Assembly: GCA_963815195.1 (NCBI GenBank)
Contig: CAWFGE010000022.1
Span: forward strand, 320,001-384,000
DNA: 64,000 nucleotides
DNA from: an uncultured Planctomycetaceae bacterium
Lineage (GTDB): Bacteria; Planctomycetota; Planctomycetia; Planctomycetales; Planctomycetaceae
Direction: 5' to 3'
Of this stretch, positions 51,802-61,311 are shown piece by piece. Each line of letters begins with the position of its first letter. Position 1 is the stretch's first letter. The notes under the pieces are model-generated. The model did not search any database, was not told the DNA's origin, and saw nothing but the letters and a program-made list of their open reading frames with translations. Made by a program: the position numbers and the translations under genes.

Positions 51802-53148
51802 TCAATTCTCCGCCGGTTCGGTTTCGACGTAGCCTTTGTCGGTCTTGCTGGCGATTTGCTTTTCGGCGAAGGTTTCGGCCGCCCCGGCGTCTGGGAAGGA
51901 CTTCACCGTTTCCCGGCCGTCGGAACCGATTCGCCCATACCGCGTCGTGACATCGGTGCCCTCGATCCGGATTTCCCAGAACTTCGAGGATTTGCCTTCC
52001 ACAAGCTCGAAGTATCGCGGAGCGGTCTCTGAGGTTTCGGCCTTCTTCGGCGCGGATTTTTTGGCGGTGGTCTTTTTCGTTTTCTTGGCCATTTTGCTGG
52101 ACTCCGATTGAGAGCTTGATGCAGGTTGGACGGCGGCCAAGGGGGCCGCGTCATTTCGCTGCCGGACGAAAGACGGAAACCGCGGCACGCCGCCGTCGGA
52201 CAGTTCCTGATAACGAAACGTGATCGTGCTGCCCACGGCCGGCGGGGATTCCCGCTGCTTGTCCGTGAATCCCGTGCCGACGGAAAACTCGGTCCCGTCG
52301 GCCAGCCGGACGACGACGGCGCCCATGCGGCCTTTGTGCCGGCCTTTGCCTTTGACGTAATCCACAACGACCGCGTCCTCGTCGTGGAAGGTTTTGACTT
52401 TGAGGAGCGTCGTCGAGCGGCCGGCTTCGTACCGGGAACCCGGCTCGCGGAGCATCAAACCCTCGCCGCCCAAGGCTTCGATCCGCGCGAGTTCCTCGCC
52501 AAGGTGCTTCAAACTTTTGCACCGCTGGTGCTCCAGGGAGGACACGAATTCGGAGCCCAGTTCCTTCACGCAATCGGCCACGTACTCCAGCCGGGCTTCG
52601 AAGGCGTCCTCCAACGCGGGGGCATCGAAGATCACGTATTGGATTTGCTTCCAATGATCGCTTTTGTCCTGCCGGCGGACGATGCTCACCGTCCGCTGGA
52701 AGGCCTTGCGGTCCAACCAGAGTTCGCCATCCAAAGGCGTTTGGGGCAGGCCGAGGGTAAACCAATCGGGCGCGTGGAACCTGTTGCCCTGCCGGGACTG
52801 AAACTTCTCGCCGTCCCAATAAGCCCGCACCCCGTCGAGTTTTTCGCTCATCCACCAATCGGTGAGGTCCACATCGTTTTCCCAGCGGTGGGCCAGGAGC
52901 AAGGGCGGACCTTCGGACTTTTCCTTGCCGGCTTTCTTGGCGGGGAGGGCCGAGCCGACGCGTTCCTCTTCCGCGTCGTCGCCGCGGAGTTTGCGGATAT
53001 GCTTGCAGGTCCGCTGTTCGATGGCCAGCGACTGGTTCCGCCACGCCGGACACGTGCAGGAATACACGCCGCCCGTGTTCTTGATCACATAAGGCTTCTT
53101 TCCGGAGCCTTGCATCTCGACCGATTCGCCATCTTCCAAATCCGGCAT
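51802..53148 (-). CDS. ATP-dependent DNA ligase with N-terminal SWIM finger and C-terminal WGR domain
   Basis: YSCTCPAW..TCKH; SEKLDGVR, DGEL, EGLMLR, LLKVK, PRFP; SSKFWEI..YGRIG. Confidence 0.92.
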   Translation of the reverse strand: MPDLEDGESVEMQGSGKKPYVIKNTGGVYSCTCPAWRNQSLAIEQRTCKHIRKLRGDDAEEERVGSALPAKKAGKEKSEGPPLLLAHRWENDVDLTDWWMSEKLDGVRAYWDGEKFQSRQGNRFHAPDWFTLGLPQTPLDGELWLDRKAFQRTVSIVRRQDKSDHWKQIQYVIFDAPALEDAFEARLEYVADCVKELGSEFVSSLEHQRCKSLKHLGEELARIEALGGEGLMLREPGSRYEAGRSTTLLKVKTFHDEDAVVVDYVKGKGRHKGRMGAVVVRLADGTEFSVGTGFTDKQRESPPAVGSTITFRYQELSDGGVPRFPSFVRQRNDAAPLAAVQPASSSQSESSKMAKKTKKTTAKKSAPKKAETSETAPRYFELVEGKSSKFWEIRIEGTDVTTRYGRIGSDGRETVKSFPDAGAAETFAEKQIASKTDKGYVETEPAEN

Positions 53149-53416
53149 CTCAGATCTCCTCGCGCACATCAAAACGTCAACGACCGCACCAAAACCAATT
53201 CAAACTATAAACCCCGCCCGCGCGCACTTCGAGTATTTTTTTCGCCAAACGCCAAAGTTTTCCGCGGCCCATCCATGACAGAATCGTCGTTCACGGAATC
53301 ATGATTTTGTGAACCATGATTCTGTCATGAATCAATGCGGTCGGGATCGTTGGCAAATCGGCTCAGTCAAAACGGGCCAAGCGGACAATGCAGCCTGCGA
53401 CTCGACCGGCCCGACC

Positions 53417-53452
53417 GCGAAACTGCGAAACTGCGAAACTGCGAAACTGCGA
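53417..53452. repeat. Tandem octamer (GCGAAACT) x4.5
   Basis: Read directly from the sequence. Confidence 0.95.
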
Positions 53453-53648
53453 TTGACGGAATGTTCGGAACGCAATATACATCCCGCGCCAAATCGGGAG
53501 GTTGGAAAAATCTTGAACAACAAAGCCGATTACAGCTTGATTCTTGAGAATAAATTGGTTCTATTTTTGACAGCTTTGCTCTTCGAGGATGCCGGGAGCG
53601 AAGCAGCATCCCATCTCGGCGTCCCAGCAAACATGTGAAGGAGTCTGA

Positions 53649-53885
53649 ATGATGGCGACGAAGTCCACCCCCTCGACCCCGGCCAAGAAGACGGCCTCGA
53701 AAAAGGCCACGGCCAAAAAGTCCCCGAAGAAAGCCGCCGGCAAAAAGTCGGCCGCCAAAAAGTCCCCGAAGAAAGCCGCCGGCAAAAAGTCGGCCGCCAA
53801 AAAGTCCCCGAAGAAAGCCGCCGGCAAAAAGGCGGCCAAGAAAACCGCTGCCAAGAAATCATCCAAGAAAGCCGCCGGCAAATAG
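53649..53885 (+). CDS. Histone H1-like Lys/Ala-rich protein with SPKK repeats
   Basis: AAGGAG SD; three 42-bp repeats encoding AKKSPKKAAGKK(S/A)A (53712-53837); no acidic residues. Confidence 0.85.
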   Translation: MMATKSTPSTPAKKTASKKATAKKSPKKAAGKKSAAKKSPKKAAGKKSAAKKSPKKAAGKKAAKKTAAKKSSKKAAGK

Positions 53886-53996
53886 ACCAGCCGAGCACTT
53901 TCATCGCCAGTTGAGCAAAACGAACCGGGCCGAGCAGACGAGACTGCTCGGCCCCTTCGCATTGGCGGGAACAGAAGAGAGAGGGCGGAAGACGTG

Positions 53997-54491
53997 CTAT
54001 CGCACGAACTGCTCAACGAAATCCGCGCCCAGGCCGACCTCGGCAAAGTGCCGGCGGCACATTTCGATTTTGACGTGCACATCGTCGAAGCCGCGGGTGT
54101 TCCCGTCTTCATCCAAATAGATGAGCGCCCCAGAGACGTGGAACAGCGTAACCATTTCCTCCACACCCTCATCGACAACGAGCGTGTGCACATCGCCGGG
54201 CGGCTCGAACACGTACATTCCCTCGCGGGCGATCCAGTCGTGCTCCAGATACCGCCAGGAGCCTTTAATGACATAGCCGTGCACCGGGGCGGGATGCCGA
54301 TGCCGGCTCAAAACTCCCGACCGCCGCACCCGCAGCAAATTCACCCACTCGCCGTTGACGCGGTTGAGCAACAGCGGCCGAAACCAGACATTCTCCGCCT
54401 GGGGCACCCACAGCCGTTCATCGTCCGGCAGCGCCCGCACGGCCAAGTCGCCCACGGCATAGGGCAGGTGCGTTTCGGTCGCTTTCGTCAT
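53997..54491 (-). CDS. Cupin, 2,4'-dihydroxyacetophenone dioxygenase family
   Basis: DERLWVP, RHRHPAPVHGYV, WRYLEHDW, FEPPGDVHTL; AAGGAAG upstream. Confidence 0.85.
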   Translation of the reverse strand: MTKATETHLPYAVGDLAVRALPDDERLWVPQAENVWFRPLLLNRVNGEWVNLLRVRRSGVLSRHRHPAPVHGYVIKGSWRYLEHDWIAREGMYVFEPPGDVHTLVVDEGVEEMVTLFHVSGALIYLDEDGNTRGFDDVHVKIEMCRRHFAEVGLGADFVEQFVR

Positions 54492-54539
54492 CGGATGCCG
54501 TCTTCCTTTCCAAGAGCCAATAGCCGCCGAGGTTTTCAG

Positions 54540-54612
54540 TGACCCGTATGGGAATTGAACCCATCTTTCCAGCGTGAGAGGCTGGTGTCCTGAACCGATA
54601 GACGAACGGGCC
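54540..54612 (-). tRNA. trnE: tRNA-Glu(CTC), CCA not encoded
   Basis: GGCCCGTTCGTCTATCGGTTCAGGACA-CCAGC-CT-CTC-AC-GCTGG-AAAGATGGGTTCAATTCCCATACGGGTCA folds as a cloverleaf. Confidence 0.96.
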
Positions 54613-55135
54613 TTTGGAAGTGGGCGAGGACCCGGCGGAACTGATTTCATTTTAGACAATGGGAAGCAAGAATCCTTCGCGGATTCGGTCGGAAGTTGTA
54701 AAAAATCTCCAAAAACGGTGTTCGACCGGCCAATTTTCGTTCTGCGCAAACCGGCCCTGGCAAGCCCGAGGGAGGCAAAATGAACGGCACTTTTGTTTCC
54801 GGCCGAACGCACTGGGGAAGAGATTCCCGTTTTGCCAATTACTCCTGATGGGGCAATGCACACCGGGATTGCCGGAGCGGTCACGAGGTGGTACAGGTCA
54901 AATGAGAGCCGGTTCCCAACTTGTCACAGTGACTGATCTGCACGGCTGTTTTGGTCATTTCAAGCACAACTACCGGTTCGGTGATGGCGCAATTTCCCGG
55001 TCCCCCCAGGCCCCCCGCGCGCCGCGTCCGACGTTGAGCCCGTATCGGAACCTGCTCCAACCCCCACAACACGCCGGCGTTCAATTACTTCAACGATGTG
55101 ACGGAACCCGCGCGAGCCGCGGGTTGACTCCAAAC

Positions 55136-55162
55136 GCCGGTGCCCGAGGGCCCGGCTTTTTT
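55136..55162 (+). terminator. Intrinsic terminator in leader of DUF1592 gene
   Basis: GCCGG(T)GCC-CGAG-GGCCCGGC followed by TTTTTT. Confidence 0.6.
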
Positions 55163-55300
55163 CATGCGCTTCCCCTGCGCGGCAAGCCCGAACCGCGGCG
55201 GCGGTTGGATCTCGCGAGCGATCCCCGTATATCATGGGGAAGCAAAACGTCGATCGGCGAATATTTTCGATTGGAACCCAGGGAGCATCCCACCTCGCTT

Positions 55301-58300
55301 ATGAAAACCTTGGCCTCCTCAAACATCTGTTGCGTCTGGATTCTTGGGTTATTGATCGGGGCCCAAGGGACGGCTCAGGCCCAGGGCGATGCCGCGCGGG
55401 ACCTGGAATACCGCTCCGCCGTTCGGCCGCTCGTCAAGAAATACTGCCAGGACTGCCACGCCGGGAAATCCGCGGAGGCCGAGGTCGATCTGTCGGCTTT
55501 CGAGAACTCGGCGGACGTGCGCAAGCAGGTCAAAACTTGGATCAAGGTCCGCCGCATGCTCGACAGCCGGCAAATGCCGCCCAAGGATGCTCCCGAGCCG
55601 AGTGAAACCGAAGCGTCGCAAATGCGGAAATGGGTTCGCGGTTTTCTTGCGGAGGAAGCCAAGACCAGGGCCGGCGATCCGGGACCGATTCGGCTCCGCC
55701 GGCTGAGCAACGCCGAGTACACGTACTCAATCCGCGATTTGACGGGCGTGGAATCGCTCGATCCCACCCGGGAGTTTCCTGTGGACGGGGCGGCGGGAGA
55801 GGGCTTTACCAACACCGGCAGCGGTCAGGGCATGTCGCCGGCCCTCCTGCAGAAATATCTCGATGCCGGCAAAGCGATTTCCCAGCACGTCGTGTTCCTG
55901 CCGGACGGGATTCGCTTCTCGCCCCACACGACCCGGCGGGATCAGACGGATGAATTGCTGGCCCGCATCCAGGCGTTTTATCGGCGGTTCACCGAAGATG
56001 GGGCCGGCCAGGCGGTCGACTTGCAGGGTATCAAGTTCAACACAAACCAGGGCGGGCGGTTGCCTTTGAAAAAATATCTCGCGGCAACGCTCGCCGAGCG
56101 CGAGCGACTCAGCCGGGGTCCGTCGGCAATTGGGGAAGTCGCCCGCGAACGGTCCTTGAATGCGAAGTATCTCGCCACGCTGTGGAATGTCCTCGCCGAC
56201 GAATCGGCCGGTTTGTCATCGTTCTATCTCCAATCGCTCCGGTCCCAATGGAAAAACGCCAAGCCGGAGGACTCGGCACACCTCGCGGACGAAGTCGCTA
56301 CGGTTCAGAAGCAGCTTTGGAAGTTCAATTCCATCGGTCACATCGGCCGCGTGGGCGGACCCAAATCCTGGATGGAGCCTGTTTCACCCGCCGCCGCGAA
56401 AGGCGAATTGCGAGTGCCGCTCAAAACGCCGCAGGCAAGCTCGGACGTGACGATTTATGTTTTTGTCGGCGACTTGGGCGACGGCAATGCGGGCGATGAT
56501 GTGGTTCTCGAGCGGCCGCGCATCGAGTTTCCCGCCGGCCCATCGGGGAAAAAGCATCCGCCGATTTGGCTCCGCGACGCCCGGCGGTTGATTTCTCAAG
56601 CGACGCTGCTTCAAGCCGAGGAGTTGCCGCGGACGGGGCAATATCTCGCCGCCGCTCTGGAGCTTCGCGATCCCGCGAAATCGGTCGAAACAGTTGCGAA
56701 ACAGAAAAAGCTCAACGCAGACCTGCTCGGCAACTGGGCGAAGTGGGCGGGCATTCGCGGGCAACTTCCGCCAGAGATCGCCGGACTCTTCGACAAAAAA
56801 CTGACGAAGGTCCAAGGCTACGAAGCCGTCAATGGCTGGGGGGGCAACGAGGGCACGAGTCTCTTAACCAACCGCTCGGACCAGCCGATTTCGTTTCTCA
56901 CGCTGACGGTGCCCCCGCGAGGCGTCACCGTTCACCCGTGGCCCAAACAGGAAGCCGCCGTCGTCTGGCGAAGCCCGGTGAAGACCGCCGTGCAACTGGA
57001 AGGCTTCGTGGCGGACACGGACAACAAGTGCGGCAACGGAGCCGCGTGGCGATTGGAGCTTTTTACGAAAGCGGGACAAAGTGTGTTGGCGAGCGGCAGC
57101 ATCGACAACGGCGGTCGCGGCGAGTTCCGCCCGAAAAGCCCGCTTGAAGTTGAACCCGGCGACGCGGTGTTCCTGGTGGTGAATGCCCGCGATGGGAACC
57201 ACGTCTGCGACACGACGCACGTCTCGCTGACCATCCGCGAAACCGCGGGTGCGAAACGCGTCTGGGATCTTGCGAAGGACATCGTGGACAAGGTGCAGGC
57301 GGGCAATCCGCTGCCGGATTCCCTCGGGCACAAAGACGTCTGGCATTTCGTAAACCCGGCGAAGCGGGACGACCAAGGCCCCGCCGTCCCCGCGGACTCG
57401 GCCCTGGCAAGCTGGCGGGCGGCCGTGATTCAAGGTGCGTCCGAGGAGGTGCAAAGCCGGCACGCCGACCGCGTGCAATCCGTGATCCTCACCGACGACG
57501 AAAAGTCATTGAGCCAACCAGATCGGCAACTGAAGCAGCAGGCTCTCGATTGGAAAGGCCCGTTGGATTGGCTGCGAATTGAATCCGAAAGCGCAACCGC
57601 GAGTTTGGATTACGCGCTGGAACCGGGCCGATTCGGGAAGCGTGCCGACGGCTCTTCGCTTCCCGAAACGGACTTCTCGATCAAAGCCCCCAACATGCTG
57701 GCCATCCGCTTGCCGATGGCTTTGGCGGAGGGCGGGGAGTTTGTCGCCTCGGCGCGGCTGGATGAAAAGGCCGCCCAATCGGGCAGCGTGCAAATCCAGG
57801 CCCAGCTGGAAAAACCCGCCGGCACCCGTCTGCCGCTTGCGGCGCCGATTCTTATCGGCATGAGTCCTGAAGTGCGCCACGCGTGGAACGGGTGAGGCAG
57901 GAATTCCGCGAGCTGTTTCCCCCGGCCTTGTGCTATGCGCGGATCGTGCCCGTGGACGAGGTCGTCACGCTGACATTGTTTTACCGCGAAGACGATCTTT
58001 TGAAGCGGTTGATGCTCACCGGCGATGAAGCCGCGGAACTGGATCGGCTCTGGGAGGAATTGTTCTATGTCAGCCGGGAGCCGTTGAAGCTTGTCGTGGC
58101 GTTCGAGCAGATTTCGGAATTTGCCACGCAGGATCGCCCCGATCTTGTCAAAGACTTCGCCCCGATGAAACAGCCGATCGAGGCGCGGGCCGAGCGATTT
58201 CGGCGCCGGCTGGCCGACTCGGAGCCCGCGCATGTCGCGGGCGTCCTGGACCTCGCGGACCGGGCCTGGAGGCGGCCGCTGGAAGAATCCGAAAAGCAAC

Positions 58301-59460
58301 GCCTGCGGGATTTTTATCACTCCCTGAGAGAAAACGAGATGGCCCACGAGCCTGCGATTCGGCTGATGCTCGCCCGCGTGCTCACATCGCCGGGCTTCCT
58401 CTACAAGTTGGAGCAGCCGCCCGCGGGCGAACACGCCGCTCCGGTTTCCGATGCCGAGCTGGCGACGCGGTTGAGTTATTTCCTCTGGTCGTCGCTTCCC
58501 GATCAAAGGCTTCGCAAGCTGGCTGAAGAAGGCCGGTTGAAAGACCACCGGGTTCTCCGCGGCGAGGCCAGGCGGATGTTAAAGGACTCGCGGACCCGGC
58601 GGTTGGCGGTCGAGTTCGCCTGCCAATGGCTGCATGTGCGCGACTTCGACAAGACCGCGGAAAAAAACGAAGCGCTGTATCCCGAGTTTGCATCCATTCG
58701 AGGAGCGATGTACGAAGAGTCGATCCGCTTCTTCGAGGAGATGTTTCGCGGCAACGGTCCGATCTTGGGCCTCTTGGATGCGGATTTTACGTTTCTCAAC
58801 GAGCGGCTGGCCGAGCATTACGGCATCCCCAATGTCCAGGGCGGCGAATGGCGGCGAGTCAGCGGCATGCAGTCCAAAGGGCGGGGCGGGGTGTTGGGCA
58901 TGGCGAGCGTTTTGGCCAGCCAATCCGGAGCCTCGCGGACCAGCCCCATCTTGCGGGGCAACTGGATTTACGAAACCCTGCTCGGCGAGCGGCTGCCCCG
59001 GCCGCCCGCCAATGTGCCCATTCTGCCCGAAAAAGTCCCGGCGGGTTTGACGGCCCGGCAGTTGATCGAGCATCATAGCTCCCAGCCGGCGTGCGCGAAA
59101 TGTCATTCTCGAATCGATCCTTATGGATTTGCCTTGGAGCAATTCGACGCCGTCGGCCGGGCCCGCCCGAGCAAAGTCGAGACAAAAACCACGCTGCCCA
59201 GCGGAAAGACCATCGCAGGCCTGGACGGGCTCAGGCGATACTTGGCGGTCGATCGCCGGGACGACGTGGTGCGGCAGTTCTGCCGAAAGCTCCTGGGCTT
59301 TGCGTTGGGCCGGGAACTCCAGCTTTCAGACGAACCGCTGTTGGAGGAGATGAAGGCCCGGCTCGAAGCCGACGACTATCGATTTCACACGGCCATCGAA
59401 GCCATCATTACCAGCCCCCAATTCCTTGAAATCCGCGGCCGCGACATGCCGATGGATTGA
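55301..59460 (+). CDS. Large cytochrome c + DUF1587/1595/1592/1588/1585 protein; apparent frameshift (~57880)
   Basis: CQDCH, RRLSNAEYTYSIRDL, ELATRLSYFLWSSLPD, RTSPILRG, CAKCH. Confidence 0.9.
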
Positions 59461-59486
59461 TGGAATTCAACACGTTGGGAGAAATC

Positions 59487-60779
59487 ATGGACAACAAACT
59501 CGCGCGGCGGACCTTTCTTCACGGATTGGGCGTCAGCATGGCTTTGCCTTGGATGGAATCGCTGTCCCTCGCGGGCGAGAAAGCAAAAACGCCTCCCGCG
59601 GCTCCCGTGCGGATGGCGATTCTGTTCGCCGGCTGCGGGTTTCACAAACACGAATGGTGGGCCAAAGGCAGCGGACCGAACATGGAGCTGGGAAAAGTCC
59701 TCCATCCATTAAAGGACTTTCGCGATCGGATGGTCTTCATCCGCGGGCTCTATAACGCCGAAGCCCTCAAGGGAAACATCCACAGCTCCCAGACGGGCAA
59801 TCTGCTCTCCGGGGCGCCGCTCTCCGCGGGCGGCACGATTCAGAGCGGCACCAGCGTCGACCAGGTCGTGGCCCGGCGAATCGGCCGCCGCACAAAACTG
59901 CCCAGCCTGATTCTGGGCTGCGAGAAGGCGAATCCCTCCGTCCACAAAAACTACTCCATGCTCTACAGCTCCCACATTTCCTGGAGCAGCCCCACGTCGC
60001 CTGCACCTCTCGAAGTCTACCCGGCGTTGGCGTTCGATCAGTTGTTCAAGGATGCGGGCGAGCGCGGCGACAAAAGTGTGCTCGATGCGATCCTCGCCGA
60101 CGCCAAGGATGTCCGCCGGCAGGTCAACAGCAGCGACCGCCGCACGCTCGATGAATATCTCAATTCGGTCCGCGAAGTCGAACAGCGGATCGAGCAGGCG
60201 GGCCGGCGGGGAGAGATCCAAGGCTGGCGGCCGACTTTGGAAAAACCGAACATGCCGCGCCCCAAGGACGGCTATCCGCAGGACATCGTCGAGCACATGC
60301 GGCTGATGTCCGACATCCTCGTGCTCGCGTTTCAGACGGACACGACCCGCATCTGCACGCTGAAGCTCAACAACGATCACGGCACGCTCCGCTTCCCGCA
60401 TCTGGGCGTGGACTACATGATCCACCATCTCTTGTCGCACAGCGACACCGACGATTGGCTCAAGGTCAACCAGTTCTTCCTGGAGCAAATGGCCTACATC
60501 GCCCGCCGCCTCGATCGGATCCAAGAAGGCGAGCGATCGGCATTGGACAACTCGATGATCCTGCTGTGCTCCAGCATGCTCAACGGCCACCACGATGCCA
60601 CGCAACTGCCCGTGGTAATGCTCGGAAGTGCCGGCGGCCAAATCCAAGGCGGCCAGAACCTGGATTATCTGGGCCAATCCGACCGCCAAATGTGCCGGCT
60701 GTATCTCAGCCTGATGCATAAGATGGGCGTCCGCCTCGACAAATTCGGCGACGCCACGAAACCGTTAAGCGAGATTTAA
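59487..60779 (+). CDS. DUF1552 family protein
   Basis: RRTFLHGLGVSMALPWMES, SVDQVVA, SVLD, LAFQTDTTR; usual DUF1592 partner. Confidence 0.92.
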   Translation: MDNKLARRTFLHGLGVSMALPWMESLSLAGEKAKTPPAAPVRMAILFAGCGFHKHEWWAKGSGPNMELGKVLHPLKDFRDRMVFIRGLYNAEALKGNIHSSQTGNLLSGAPLSAGGTIQSGTSVDQVVARRIGRRTKLPSLILGCEKANPSVHKNYSMLYSSHISWSSPTSPAPLEVYPALAFDQLFKDAGERGDKSVLDAILADAKDVRRQVNSSDRRTLDEYLNSVREVEQRIEQAGRRGEIQGWRPTLEKPNMPRPKDGYPQDIVEHMRLMSDILVLAFQTDTTRICTLKLNNDHGTLRFPHLGVDYMIHHLLSHSDTDDWLKVNQFFLEQMAYIARRLDRIQEGERSALDNSMILLCSSMLNGHHDATQLPVVMLGSAGGQIQGGQNLDYLGQSDRQMCRLYLSLMHKMGVRLDKFGDATKPLSEI

Positions 60780-60782
60780 ATT

Positions 60783-60835
60783 GTGAGCGGCAAGTCGCTA
60801 GCCGCCGGTTTCCTGTGCGAACCGGCGGCGAGCGC
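60783..60835. repeat. REP-like doublet with truncated right arm
   Basis: GTGAGCGGCAAGTCGCTAGCCGCCGGTT / AACCGGCGGCGAGCGC, missing the expected GCCGCTCA end. Confidence 0.6.
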
Positions 60836-61104
60836 TCTGTCAGTGCAAAAACTTTGGGCTGAAAAAAATCAGCCTAGGCCCCGGTGTTCGTGGGCGAAGC
60901 GGAGCTAGCGCGAAGCCTGAGGTGGACCAAATTCTTTGGACAGCAAACGGGGTTGTTTAGTGGTGTGAGTCAGCGGCAGACGAGGCCCCTCATAGGCCTC
61001 GTCGTCTGCCGCCGATGACAAGGGGCCCGGGACGAGACCTCACCAGTTCCCTCCCCGCCCGCAAGCGGATTTGCTCTTAGAGTACAAGCGAGCATACTTG
61101 AATT

Positions 61105-61235
61105 TAGGAGTTCCATGAGTCGCGGAATAGGAATTGGTTCCCCAAGAGCCGCGCACGGAGTAAGCGGTTTTTCTAGTTTACAGATCGCAATACCGCTTAC
61201 TTCGTGCGCGGCTCTGGCGATTTTCGGAACGACTG
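61105..61235 (+). mobile_element. MITE-like element, copy 3 (131 bp, diverged left TIR)
   Basis: Aligns end to end with 30977-31108; AATT on both flanks. Confidence 0.78.
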
Positions 61236-61311
61236 AATTCGAAGAAAACGCCCGAAGCGCTCACTCGGCACTTCGGGCGGGTCTACAATCGACGATCTGA
61301 CGAAGGACGTC

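Noticed and set aside
53274..53330. GACAGAATC palindromic patch (also 41933-41960) and GGTCATTGG repeats at 62758-62781
   Set aside because: Short degenerate intergenic repeats; too little evidence to assign a function.
54540..54565. tRNA-anchored genomic island
   Set aside because: I saw no second copy of the tRNA 3' end and no integrase.
61115..61300. ORF MSRGIGIG with AGGAG, resembling an IS110 transposase start
   Set aside because: The SD and ATG align with the diverged left TIR of the MITE; not a gene.
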